Shown here piece after piece: positions 39,448-48,751 of a stretch of 64,000 nucleotides of DNA. The stretch is from a virus. Position 1 is the stretch's first letter. Each line of letters starts with the position of its first letter. Under the pieces are notes generated by a model, which was not told the origin of the DNA, made no database searches, and was given only the letters and a program-made list of their open reading frames with translations. The translations under genes and the position numbers were made by a program. The DNA is taken from IMG/VR virus record IMGVR_UViG_3300023313_000006, positions 11,324 through 75,323 of that record. One strand, written 5' to 3'.

Positions 39448-41020
39448 CGGCTATCTCGGTAACATAAACTTAAAGCGCGAAGGCGAACAAATCGCGTTCA
39501 CGCAAGAACAAATCAAAGAATACATCAAATGCCGCGATGACAAGATTTACTTTGCCGAACATTATTTCAAAATCATTTCGCTAGACGAAGGCTTGATCAC
39601 CATTAAGTTGTGGGATCACCAAAAGCGATTCCTCGATCTATTGTCAAACAATCGTTATGTTGTTGGCTTGTGTGGTCGCCAAACGTCCAAATCAACGACA
39701 ATCACAATCGATATTCTCCATTATTTGTTGTTCAATGACCACAAAACTTGTGTCATTCTAGCAAATAAATTGGCGACAGCAAGAGAAATCTTTTCGCGCG
39801 TTCAGCTTGCTTATGAAAATCTACCCAAATGGCTACAACAGGGCGTGGTCGAATGGAATAAAAGCTCATGTAAGCTAGAAAACGGTTCGCGCGTTGTGTG
39901 CGCAGCTTCAACCGGCTCATCCATTCGTGGCATGTCGGTTGACTATTTGTTTGTTGACGAAGTTGCTTTCATCGAAGCAAATATCTGGAACGATTTTTAT
40001 TCGGCAACATTCCCGACAATTTCATCGGGCAAAAATTCAAGAATCGTCTTGGTGTCAACGGCAAACGGATTAAATCACTTCTACAAAATCTTCACCAAAG
40101 CGAAAGAAGGAAAATCAGAGTTTGCTTGGTTTGAGGCCGACTGGACGTGTATTCCGACGCGCGATGAAGAATGGAAGCGACAAACAATAGCAAACACCAG
40201 CGAAGAAGCGTTTGCTCAAGAACACTGTAACCACTTCATGGGTTCGTCACTGACGCTGATCAGTTCGAGCAAATTGTCAACGTTGACCGAAAAAACACCA
40301 AAAATAACAGAAGGGTCGCTCAAAATATATGAAGATGTGATTAAAGATCACAATTATATCATGGTTGTTGACGTGTCTCGCGGGAAGGGGCTAGACAATT
40401 CAGCGTTTTCTGTTATAGACATTTCAGATCATCCGTTTGTTCAAGTTGCGGCGTACTACGATTCAAACATTTCGCCGCTGATTTATCCGAGTGTGATAGA
40501 AAAAGTTGCTAAGCACTACAACGAAGCAGCAATTTTGGTCGAAACGAATGACATCGGCGAATCAATAGCAACCAACCTACACTATGACAAAGAATATCCA
40601 AACGTCATTTGGACACAAGACGCAACCAAAAAAGCAAAAAATATCGGCATCAGAACAACAAAATCGGTCAAATTGAAAGGTTGTCTAAACCTAAAAGATA
40701 TGATCGAAAAAGACGTGCTGATAACAAACGACAAAGACACCATTCAAGAATTGGTTGGATTCGTTCAGAGCGGCAATTCATACGAAGCGGATTCGGGTTA
40801 TCACGACGATCTAGTGATGACGCTCGTTCTGTTTGCTTGGTTCACAACAACACCACAATTCACACATTTCAAACAAGACTTTGCTATTGACCAAGCATTC
40901 AAAGAACACATCGATCACGAATTGGAGTCGTTCAACCAAATTTTCATCGACGATGGTTTGGACGAAGCAAATCAACACCAATTTGAAAACAACGACATTT
41001 TAGCAACCCATATTTGCTAA
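39434..41020 (+). CDS. gp17: Terminase large subunit gp17
   Basis: YLGN.NLK, RQTSKST, DEVAF, STANG.NHFY, DVSRG, HDDLVM. Confidence 0.97.
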   Translation: MKKSNGYLGNINLKREGEQIAFTQEQIKEYIKCRDDKIYFAEHYFKIISLDEGLITIKLWDHQKRFLDLLSNNRYVVGLCGRQTSKSTTITIDILHYLLFNDHKTCVILANKLATAREIFSRVQLAYENLPKWLQQGVVEWNKSSCKLENGSRVVCAASTGSSIRGMSVDYLFVDEVAFIEANIWNDFYSATFPTISSGKNSRIVLVSTANGLNHFYKIFTKAKEGKSEFAWFEADWTCIPTRDEEWKRQTIANTSEEAFAQEHCNHFMGSSLTLISSSKLSTLTEKTPKITEGSLKIYEDVIKDHNYIMVVDVSRGKGLDNSAFSVIDISDHPFVQVAAYYDSNISPLIYPSVIEKVAKHYNEAAILVETNDIGESIATNLHYDKEYPNVIWTQDATKKAKNIGIRTTKSVKLKGCLNLKDMIEKDVLITNDKDTIQELVGFVQSGNSYEADSGYHDDLVMTLVLFAWFTTTPQFTHFKQDFAIDQAFKEHIDHELESFNQIFIDDGLDEANQHQFENNDILATHIC

Positions 41021-41069
41021 ATAAATCAAAGTACATTTACTTGTAAAATCCACAAAAAGGAGATTTATC

Positions 41070-42866
41070 TTGGCTATTTCACTAAGTCCATCAGTCAACG
41101 TAAAAGAAATCGACTTAACGACTTCGATTCCAGCCGTAGCAACTTCTATCGGTGCTACGGTCGGTAACTATGCTTGGGGTCCGGTACTAGAACCAACACT
41201 CGTTTCTCGCGAAGATGAACTTGTTTCAACTTTCGGACTACCAAACGACGTAACTTATGCCGATTTCTTTGGCGCAGCTAACTTCCTAGCATACGCATCA
41301 AATCTACAGGTTGTTCGTGTTGTTGATGCCGCCGCTCGCAACGCATCAGACAACGGCACAGCTACCGCTGTTATTCATAATCTAACCGATTTTGAAGCTA
41401 AAAATGCTTCCGCTACAATCGATGGTTGGGGTTCCGCCGTCGTAGCAAAATATCCCGGCACATACGGTAATGACATCACCGTTGAAGTTGCCGATAGCAC
41501 AACTTTCAACAATGTTCGCCTGACCATTGGTGCTGTAACCGGTACTGCTTTTGCTGTTGGTGACACAATCACCGGTGCTACTTCTGCTGCTACAGGCACT
41601 TTGGTTCGCATCATTTCAGCGAATCAGATCGAAGTTGCTCCAATTTCAGGCACGTTCACCATCGAAGCAATTTCTTCTTCTGGTACTGGCACTTCAAACA
41701 TCACTGCTATTGCTAACTGGGACGAAACATCAGTATTTGATTATGCGCCCGACGTAAACGAGCTAGCAGTCATCGTCAAGAAAGCTGGTGCTATTCAAGA
41801 AAAATTCATCGCTTCAACTGTTGCTGGCACAAAAGACTTTCAGGGCAATTCAATCTTCGTCGATGACATCATTGCTCGCCAGTCCAGCCTAATTTGGGCC
41901 AATGCTCCACTGCTAACTGGCGCGGATGTTAATGGTGCTGCCAACGTTTACACTCTATCGGGTGGCGTTGATTCCGGTGTTCCTACAATCGGCGAATATG
42001 AAGCTGGTTGGGATCAGTTTGCTAATCCTGAAACCATCGACATCAATCTCTGTATTGTTGCTAATGGTGGCGCTGCTGTTGGCAAATACGTCACACAAAA
42101 CGTAGCAGAAGTTCGTCTCGATTGCGTTGCTTTCGTTTCACCCGATAAAGCAGACGTGGTTGGTGTTTCAAACGCAGCAGAACTAATTGCTGCTCAACGT
42201 GGCGTGGGTGGCAACCTTAACTTCTCAAGCTCTTATGCTGTTATTGACGGCAACTACAAATACCAGTATGACCGCTACAACGACGTATATCGTTGGGTAC
42301 AGCTAAATGGCGATGTTGCCGGCTTGTGCGCCCACACCGACTATGTTGCTGATCCTTGGTTCTCTCCCGCTGGCTTCAATCGTGGCAACATCAAGAACGT
42401 TGTCAAGCTAGCGTTCAACCCCAATAAAGCAGAACGTGATTTGCTGTTCAAAAACAACATCAACCCAATCGTTACGTTCAAGGGTCAAGGAACCGTGCTA
42501 TTTGGTGACAAGACAGCACAAACAAAACCGAGCGCATTCGACGCAATCAATGTTCGTCGCTTGTTCATCACGCTTGAAAAAGCGATTGCTACTGCTGCCA
42601 AATATATGTTGTTTGAGAACAACACTCGTCAAACGCGCGAAAAATTTAGGTCGATGGTTGAGCCGTTCCTCCGTGATGTGAAGGGCAGACAGGGAATTTA
42701 CGACTTTGCGGTGGTTGCGGATGAACGCAACAACACACCACAAGTCATCGATTCCGGCGAATTTAGAGGCGACATCTACATCAAACCGGCTCGTTCAATT
42801 CGCACAATTTCTCTATCGTTTGTTGCCGTTCGTTCTGGTGTTTCCTTCAAGGAAGTCATCGGTTAA
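41070..42866 (+). CDS. gp18: Tail sheath protein gp18
   Basis: SPSV.VKEIDLT, WFSPAG.NRG, INVRRLF; AAGGAG RBS plus TTG start. Confidence 0.97.
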   Translation: MAISLSPSVNVKEIDLTTSIPAVATSIGATVGNYAWGPVLEPTLVSREDELVSTFGLPNDVTYADFFGAANFLAYASNLQVVRVVDAAARNASDNGTATAVIHNLTDFEAKNASATIDGWGSAVVAKYPGTYGNDITVEVADSTTFNNVRLTIGAVTGTAFAVGDTITGATSAATGTLVRIISANQIEVAPISGTFTIEAISSSGTGTSNITAIANWDETSVFDYAPDVNELAVIVKKAGAIQEKFIASTVAGTKDFQGNSIFVDDIIARQSSLIWANAPLLTGADVNGAANVYTLSGGVDSGVPTIGEYEAGWDQFANPETIDINLCIVANGGAAVGKYVTQNVAEVRLDCVAFVSPDKADVVGVSNAAELIAAQRGVGGNLNFSSSYAVIDGNYKYQYDRYNDVYRWVQLNGDVAGLCAHTDYVADPWFSPAGFNRGNIKNVVKLAFNPNKAERDLLFKNNINPIVTFKGQGTVLFGDKTAQTKPSAFDAINVRRLFITLEKAIATAAKYMLFENNTRQTREKFRSMVEPFLRDVKGRQGIYDFAVVADERNNTPQVIDSGEFRGDIYIKPARSIRTISLSFVAVRSGVSFKEVIG

Positions 42867-42910
42867 GCAATAAACTAAGCCAATTCACACAAAGATAATA
42901 GGAGAAAAAC

Positions 42911-43411
42911 ATGGCACAAAATATCGACGAATTTCGATCAAACGTAACGAACTTCGCTCGTCCAACACTGTTTAAGGTGACGTTCCCGCAAATCATTGAC
43001 GATATGATTCAGTTTACTTGTAAAGCGGCAAGTTTACCGGCATCAACCGTTGGTATCATCGAAGTTCCATACATGGGTCGCAAAATCAAGATTCCGGGTG
43101 ATAGAACATTCACTGAATGGAACATTACCATTATGAACGACAAAGACATGCTCGTTCGCAAGCAGTTCGAAGATTGGTCAAACACAATCAATGCTCACGA
43201 ACTCAACGTCGGACCAAACCAATATGGCGCAGTGACTTATGACGCCAAGGTTCAGCAGCTAGGCGTTGACGGTGGTGTGGTGGCCGAGTATCAGCTTGTC
43301 GGAGCATGGCCAACTGAAATTGCCGAAGTTGATCTTGGTTGGGAAAACAACGACACAATTTCCGAATTCCAAGTCAATCTGGCTTACACTTACTGGAACC
43401 GTTTGGTTTAA
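42911..43411 (+). CDS. gp19: Tail tube protein gp19
   Basis: ARPTLF.V, CKAASLP, GRKIKIPGDRTF.EW. Confidence 0.97.
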   Translation: MAQNIDEFRSNVTNFARPTLFKVTFPQIIDDMIQFTCKAASLPASTVGIIEVPYMGRKIKIPGDRTFTEWNITIMNDKDMLVRKQFEDWSNTINAHELNVGPNQYGAVTYDAKVQQLGVDGGVVAEYQLVGAWPTEIAEVDLGWENNDTISEFQVNLAYTYWNRLV

Positions 43412-43415
43412 TTGT

Positions 43416-43446
43416 GATGGTGGCCGCAGAAATGCGGCCATCTTTT
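43416..43446 (+). terminator. Rho-independent terminator after gp19
   Basis: TGGCCGCA-GAAA-TGCGGCCA followed by TCTTTT. Confidence 0.85.
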
Positions 43447-43462
43447 CACATAAATAATCATT

Positions 43463-44938
43463 ATGGAACTTTTCGGATTCAAATCAACAAAAAAGAAGGA
43501 CAAAAAGCTAAATCCTTCGTTTGTAGCACCGACAGATTTTGACGGTTCGATTGATTTTTCAGTCGAATCAAATCAATTTGGCACGAATTTTGGATTTCAG
43601 CAAGAACCAGATTCTAATTTCACCGAATCGGCGATCAAAACTTATCGCACGATGAGTGAAAATTCGGACGTTTCTTGTGCTATTGAAGAAATCGTCGATC
43701 AAGCAATCGTCAATGATTCGGTGAACGAAATCATCGAAATTCAGCTCGATGACATCGAAGAACTTTCCGCCAACATCAAGAAAAAAATTGCTGCTGAATT
43801 TGAAAACACCAAGCGTCTATTCAATCTAACAGATTCGGCAGACGATTTGTTCAGAAAATGGTTTGTCGATGGCAAGCTAGTCTTTCACATGATCACCAAC
43901 AAGAGTGGTTCAGAAATCGAAGAACTGCGGATGATCGATCCGATCGAAATCAAAAAAGTTCAGGAAATCAACAAGAAAAAAGATAGAAATGGTGTTGAGA
44001 TCGTCGAATCAATCGACGAATACTATCTCTGGGAACCAAAGAACCTAAAATCAAGAAACAGAGCCGTCAAAATTGCCGTTGAATCGATTTTGTCTGCTAA
44101 TTCGGGCATCAAATCAGCGGACGGCAAGCACAACATTTCATATCTCCATAGAGCAATCAAACCATACAATCAACTTGTTGCTCTCGAAGATTCGATGGTT
44201 GTCTATCGTATGGCACGCGCACCAGAGCGACGTGTGTTTTATGTTGACGTTGGTAACTTGCCACCAGCGCGCGCAGAACAATATATGCGCAAAGTTATCA
44301 ACAACTACAAAAACAAAACCGTTTATGATTCAAGAACCGGATCAGTAAAAGACAACAAGCATTTGGTGTCGATGCTAGAGAACATCTATTTGCCAAGAAT
44401 GGATGGGTCAAGAGGCACTTCCGTTGAAACACTACCAAGCGGCACGGATATGAGCATGGACGACGTGCTATATTTCCAGAAAAAGCTATACAAAGCTCTT
44501 GGTGTTCCCGTTTCGCGTTTGGACACCGACAATTCCGTTTTGGCAGTTGGTCGAGCTTCTGAAATTTCAAGAGAAGAAGTGAAATTCGACGCATTTATCA
44601 ATAAGTTGCGCAGACGCTTTTCTAAGTTGTTCACCGATTTGCTGGAAACGCAAGTCGTGTTGAAAAAAATTATGACAAGCGAAGAATTTGAAGCAATCAA
44701 GCAAAAGATAAAATATAAATATAACAACAACTCTTACTTTGCCGAAAACAAAAAGCAAGAGCTTATGACTGCTAGATTTGAGCTTCTACAAGCGGTCGAT
44801 TCATACGTCGGCAAATATATGTCGATTGATTATGTGAGAAAGAACATTCTAAATCAATCAGACGCTGAAATGGAAGCTGAAAACAAACAAATCGAAGCAG
44901 AAAAGAAAGCAGGGCTTCACGATCAAGGAGACTTTTAA
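43463..44938 (+). CDS. gp20: Portal protein gp20
   Basis: SYLH.AIKP.NQL, YRMARAPERRVFYVDVGNLP. Confidence 0.97.
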   Translation: MELFGFKSTKKKDKKLNPSFVAPTDFDGSIDFSVESNQFGTNFGFQQEPDSNFTESAIKTYRTMSENSDVSCAIEEIVDQAIVNDSVNEIIEIQLDDIEELSANIKKKIAAEFENTKRLFNLTDSADDLFRKWFVDGKLVFHMITNKSGSEIEELRMIDPIEIKKVQEINKKKDRNGVEIVESIDEYYLWEPKNLKSRNRAVKIAVESILSANSGIKSADGKHNISYLHRAIKPYNQLVALEDSMVVYRMARAPERRVFYVDVGNLPPARAEQYMRKVINNYKNKTVYDSRTGSVKDNKHLVSMLENIYLPRMDGSRGTSVETLPSGTDMSMDDVLYFQKKLYKALGVPVSRLDTDNSVLAVGRASEISREEVKFDAFINKLRRRFSKLFTDLLETQVVLKKIMTSEEFEAIKQKIKYKYNNNSYFAENKKQELMTARFELLQAVDSYVGKYMSIDYVRKNILNQSDAEMEAENKQIEAEKKAGLHDQGDF

Positions 44939-44940
44939 TA

Positions 44941-45522
44941 ATGAAATACGATTTTAGTTCACCATCCAAGTTTGAAGAACAGGTTAAGGAACAACTAGCA
45001 CAAAAAGCGATGGAAGCAATCGATAAAATCAGAGAAGAAATGCGCGGAGTCAATGAATCGGAAGATGGTAGCGACGACGAAGAAGTTGAATCAGAACTAG
45101 TCATTTTAATCAACGACGAAGATAACGTACAAGTCGAAAAAATCGCTGGCAGTCTTGGGATTGAAACAAGCTATAACGATGATGCCGGCACGGTTGAATT
45201 AGAAGATTATGATGAAGATGCGCTTGAAAAGTTTTTCGATGAACTAGAACGAAATGACATTGAATATGAAGTTGTCGATGATAACTTTTTCTCATCGGAC
45301 GACGACGAAGATATGGACGAAGCAACCAAACTTCGCGTCCACACCAAAGCATCGGATAAACTAGCACACAAGCGTTACTACAGAAAGAACAAGAGCAAAC
45401 TGAAACTTAAAGCTCGTCGTTTTCGCAAAACTTCAAAATTCAAACGTTACGTCAAACTAGCAAAAAGAAAGGCGAGGGTCGGTCGCACCGCTAGAGGAAA
45501 ACGCCAAGTCAAGAGGATTTAA
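44941..45522 (+). CDS. Prohead core protein (gp67/gp68-like)
   Basis: Between portal and protease; very acidic N-terminal part and very basic C-terminal part. Confidence 0.65.
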   Translation: MKYDFSSPSKFEEQVKEQLAQKAMEAIDKIREEMRGVNESEDGSDDEEVESELVILINDEDNVQVEKIAGSLGIETSYNDDAGTVELEDYDEDALEKFFDELERNDIEYEVVDDNFFSSDDDEDMDEATKLRVHTKASDKLAHKRYYRKNKSKLKLKARRFRKTSKFKRYVKLAKRKARVGRTARGKRQVKRI

Positions 45523-45523
45523 T

Positions 45524-45763
45524 ATGATCTCGTTCAAGGAATATGTAACCGAATCAAAAGAGAAAGAATTGCTAATCAAATTTACGGATGTGATCGAAGC
45601 AATGACTAACAAAAAGTATTCAGACGAAACAGTTATGAATGTTATTTCACATCTAGCGAAAATGAAGAACCTACAGAAAAAAGCAGTTCATTCGATGCTA
45701 TCAAAAAATGGCATCAAGGATTCGGACGTTTCCGGTTTTGCTGCTGCTATTATGAAAGCATAG
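45524..45763 (+). CDS. Small internal head protein
   Basis: MISFKEYVTE resembles the capsid-targeting / gp21 cleavage motif of T4 internal proteins. Confidence 0.6.
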   Translation: MISFKEYVTESKEKELLIKFTDVIEAMTNKKYSDETVMNVISHLAKMKNLQKKAVHSMLSKNGIKDSDVSGFAAAIMKA

Positions 45764-45772
45764 GGGTTATCA

Positions 45773-46390
45773 ATGTACATCATTACCGAATTTGACGAAT
45801 CAAACGAAATCATCACCGAAGCAAAAGAGAAAAACCTGTATATCAGCGGCATCTTTGCTCAAGCAGAAAAGAAAAACCGAAACGGTCGAATTTATCCGGT
45901 ACATATTCTCGAACGTGAAATCAATCGCTATAATGAACAATATGTCAAAACAAGTCGGGCTATTGGTGAATTATCACACCCAAGCAGTCCCACGGTTAAT
46001 CCAGATCGAACTTCGCATCTAATCACTGAATTGAAGAAATCTGGCAATGATTTCTATGGCAAAGCCAAAATTCTAAACACGCCCGTTGGCAACATCGTTC
46101 GTGGTCTAATTGAGGGCGGTGTCAAAATTGGCGTGTCCACTCGCGGTCTTGGTTCAATCAGCGAAGAAAATGGCGTGAAGGTTGTCAACGAAGATTTCAA
46201 GCTATTGACAATTGACATCGTGACCGATCCATCGGGTATCGATTGTTTTGTTGACGGTCTGGTTGAACACGTTGGTTTTGGTATGAAAGAAGAAAAAGCA
46301 GCGGCAATTCGCAAGAAGGTTCTCTGCGCACCAAAATCAAAACTAGAAGAAGTTAAGCTAAACGCTTTCAAAAGCATTTTTGCTAAATAA
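45773..46390 (+). CDS. gp21: Prohead protease gp21
   Basis: GIF.QAE.KNRNGR.YP, GEL.HP, GVS.RG.GS, D.V.DPS. Confidence 0.97.
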   Translation: MYIITEFDESNEIITEAKEKNLYISGIFAQAEKKNRNGRIYPVHILEREINRYNEQYVKTSRAIGELSHPSSPTVNPDRTSHLITELKKSGNDFYGKAKILNTPVGNIVRGLIEGGVKIGVSTRGLGSISEENGVKVVNEDFKLLTIDIVTDPSGIDCFVDGLVEHVGFGMKEEKAAAIRKKVLCAPKSKLEEVKLNAFKSIFAK

Positions 46391-46418
46391 AATAAACACA
46401 AAACTAAAAGGAGTAAAC

Positions 46419-47309
46419 ATGGACTTTTTATGCCCAAAATGTGATTCGGAAATGACGCTTTCTGAAAACACTCACGTTTGCGCTGAATGCGACCATAAAA
46501 TTTCCATCGATGAAGCAACACAGTTGTTTGAAGATGGTAAATTGGTTGGCATTGTGGCCGAAGATGAGCTAACAGAAGAACAAAAAGAAAAACTTGTCAT
46601 TTCTTCAATCGATGAAGATATTGCTGCTTTGGTCGAAGGCGAAGAACTTTCAGAAGCATTTGTCGAAAAAGCCAAAGTGATCTTTGAAAGTGCTGTTGCT
46701 GCTCGTGTCGAAGAAGAAACAGCCGCAATCAAACAACAAGCAGAAGAATATCGCGCACTCATTGAAGAAGAAACAATGAATGAAATGGTCGAAAAAATCG
46801 ACGGTTATCTCGATCATGTCGTTTCTCAATGGGTCGAAGAAAACAAACTCGCAATCGAATCTGGTATCAAAGCAGAGATGAATGAAGCGTTTGCCGAAGG
46901 CATTGCTGAATTGCTCAAATCTCACTACATCAAAGCGCCAGAGGATCGTTGGGACATCGTTGAAGGGCTAGCAGATAAAGTTGAAGAACTTGAAGCCAAG
47001 CTAGATGAATCAATCGAACGCGAAATTGAAGCCAAGAAGAAAATCTTTGAAGCTGAAAAGGTTGTCAAATTCGCCGAACTATCGGAAGGTTTGACAGACA
47101 CCCAGAAAGAAAAACTTGAAAAACTAAGCGAAAAGCTAGAAGCCGACAACATCGAAGAATACACTTCTAAAGTTGAAACTCTAGTTGAAAGCTATTTTTC
47201 AAGCAAAAAGAAAGAAGAAGTTGTTGTTGAGGAAAAAGACGAATCCGAAAACAGCAATCAATTCTTCGATCTTTCCGAGGCAGTTCGGTTGTTGTCTAAG
47301 CGCGACTAA
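46419..47309 (+). CDS. gp22: Prohead scaffold gp22, with N-terminal zinc ribbon
   Basis: ELSE.F..KA..IFE.AV, D.YLD.V...W..EN..AIE.G; AAGGAG RBS before ATG 46419. Confidence 0.9.
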   Translation: MDFLCPKCDSEMTLSENTHVCAECDHKISIDEATQLFEDGKLVGIVAEDELTEEQKEKLVISSIDEDIAALVEGEELSEAFVEKAKVIFESAVAARVEEETAAIKQQAEEYRALIEEETMNEMVEKIDGYLDHVVSQWVEENKLAIESGIKAEMNEAFAEGIAELLKSHYIKAPEDRWDIVEGLADKVEELEAKLDESIEREIEAKKKIFEAEKVVKFAELSEGLTDTQKEKLEKLSEKLEADNIEEYTSKVETLVESYFSSKKKEEVVVEEKDESENSNQFFDLSEAVRLLSKRD

Positions 47310-47326
47310 TTCAACAAACGATTTTT

Positions 47327-47334
47327 CATAAATA
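47327..47334 (+). promoter_or_regulatory. T4-type late promoter for gp23 (representative of many TAAATA sites)
   Basis: CATAAATA. Similar TAAATA cores lie near 4296, 8620, 12767, 18152, 25221, 26562, 29402, 41018, 43451, 46384 and 50199, and on the minus strand at 3833 and 53024. Confidence 0.8.
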
Positions 47335-47374
47335 CAATATGACTTTACATAAACAACAAAAAGGAGTATCTTAA

Positions 47375-48637
47375 ATGGCAAAAGAACTATTGTCAGAAGA
47401 AGTAAAAGAACGCTGGAAACCAGTGATCGAAGCACCCGACGTTGCTCCGATCACCGACCGTAACGTTCGTAACACCACAACCATCGTTCTTGAAAACACT
47501 GCTCGTGAACTAATGAACGAAGCAGGTAACACCACATCAACAGGCTTTGGCGCTGCTGGTCCGACTCACGGTGGTTTCGATCCCGTACTAATCTCAATGA
47601 TTCGTCGCACCATGCCTTCTCTTGTTGCTCACGATCTAGTTGGCGTTCAGCCAATGTCAATGCCTACCGGCCTAATTTTCGCCATGAAGTCTTACTATGG
47701 TGGCGCTGGCTCTAACGGTGGTACAGCAACCGAAATGTTCGGCACTACTGCTCCAGACAACACCTTCACTGGTGACGGCACTGGCGCAGCACAGACAACC
47801 GCTTCTGGTGAAATCCTCGGCACAAATCAGCAGGTTGACGCCGCTGCCGTTGGTTTGACTCCTGTTCTAGAAACCAATCCTTGGCCAGAAGTCAGCTTCG
47901 AAATCCAGAAAGTGTCTGTTACTGCTAACACTCGTAAGCTGAAAGCAAAATACACTCTCGAACTAGCACAAGACCTAAAAGCAATCCACGGTATGGATGC
48001 GGATGCTGAACTTTCTAACATCCTATCCACCGAAGTTATTGGCGAAATCAACCGCGAACTCGTCAACTTCATCAACACTCAAGCTGTACAGGGTTGTGCT
48101 ACTGGTACTGTTCTAGCCGGTACTTTCAACCTAGCAAGCACGGACGCAGATGGTCGTTGGGAACTTGAAAAATACAAGAACCTATATCTACAGATCATCC
48201 GTGAAGCCAGCCTAATCGCTACTTCTACTCGTCGTGGTGTTGGTAACACCTTGATCGTTTCTCCGCTAGTTGCTGCTGCTCTTGAACAGGTAACAACTCT
48301 CAAGAACACCGAAGCAGACGTACCCGGCAACGTTGACGCTCGTGACTTCCTCGGCGTCACATATCTCGGCGTACTCGGCAACCGCTTCAAGGTATTCGTT
48401 GATCCTTACGCAACGCAGGAATTTGTAACAGTTGGCTATAAAGGCGCTAATGTTTATGACAGCGGCATCTTCTACTGCCCATACGTTGCTCTACAATTCC
48501 TACGCACACAGGGTTCAGACGACTTCCAGCCTCGTGTCGGCGTATCTACCCGCTACGGTTTGACAACCAACCCATTCGTGACTGGTGCCGCCGGAGCAAA
48601 CGATTACTATCGTCGATTCCTAGTAACCAACCTATAA
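47375..48637 (+). CDS. gp23: Major capsid protein gp23
   Basis: DPVLIS.IRR.MP, GVQPM..PTGLIFAM, LKA.Y..ELAQDLKAIHG, FYCPYV.L, FQP. Confidence 0.98.
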   Translation: MAKELLSEEVKERWKPVIEAPDVAPITDRNVRNTTTIVLENTARELMNEAGNTTSTGFGAAGPTHGGFDPVLISMIRRTMPSLVAHDLVGVQPMSMPTGLIFAMKSYYGGAGSNGGTATEMFGTTAPDNTFTGDGTGAAQTTASGEILGTNQQVDAAAVGLTPVLETNPWPEVSFEIQKVSVTANTRKLKAKYTLELAQDLKAIHGMDADAELSNILSTEVIGEINRELVNFINTQAVQGCATGTVLAGTFNLASTDADGRWELEKYKNLYLQIIREASLIATSTRRGVGNTLIVSPLVAAALEQVTTLKNTEADVPGNVDARDFLGVTYLGVLGNRFKVFVDPYATQEFVTVGYKGANVYDSGIFYCPYVALQFLRTQGSDDFQPRVGVSTRYGLTTNPFVTGAAGANDYYRRFLVTNL

Positions 48638-48660
48638 TAGGTTCGTTACAAATCCAAACG

Positions 48661-48692
48661 AAAAGGGGAGCCAGCAATGGTTCCCCTTTTTT
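48661..48692 (+). terminator. Rho-independent terminator after gp23
   Basis: AAAAGGGGAGCCA-GCAA-TGGTTCCCCTTTTTT. Confidence 0.9.
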
Positions 48693-48751
48693 GTTGTTGA
48701 CTTTTCGCTAAATCATGCTATGCTTGCTCGATTAAAGCTAGGAGTCCATTT

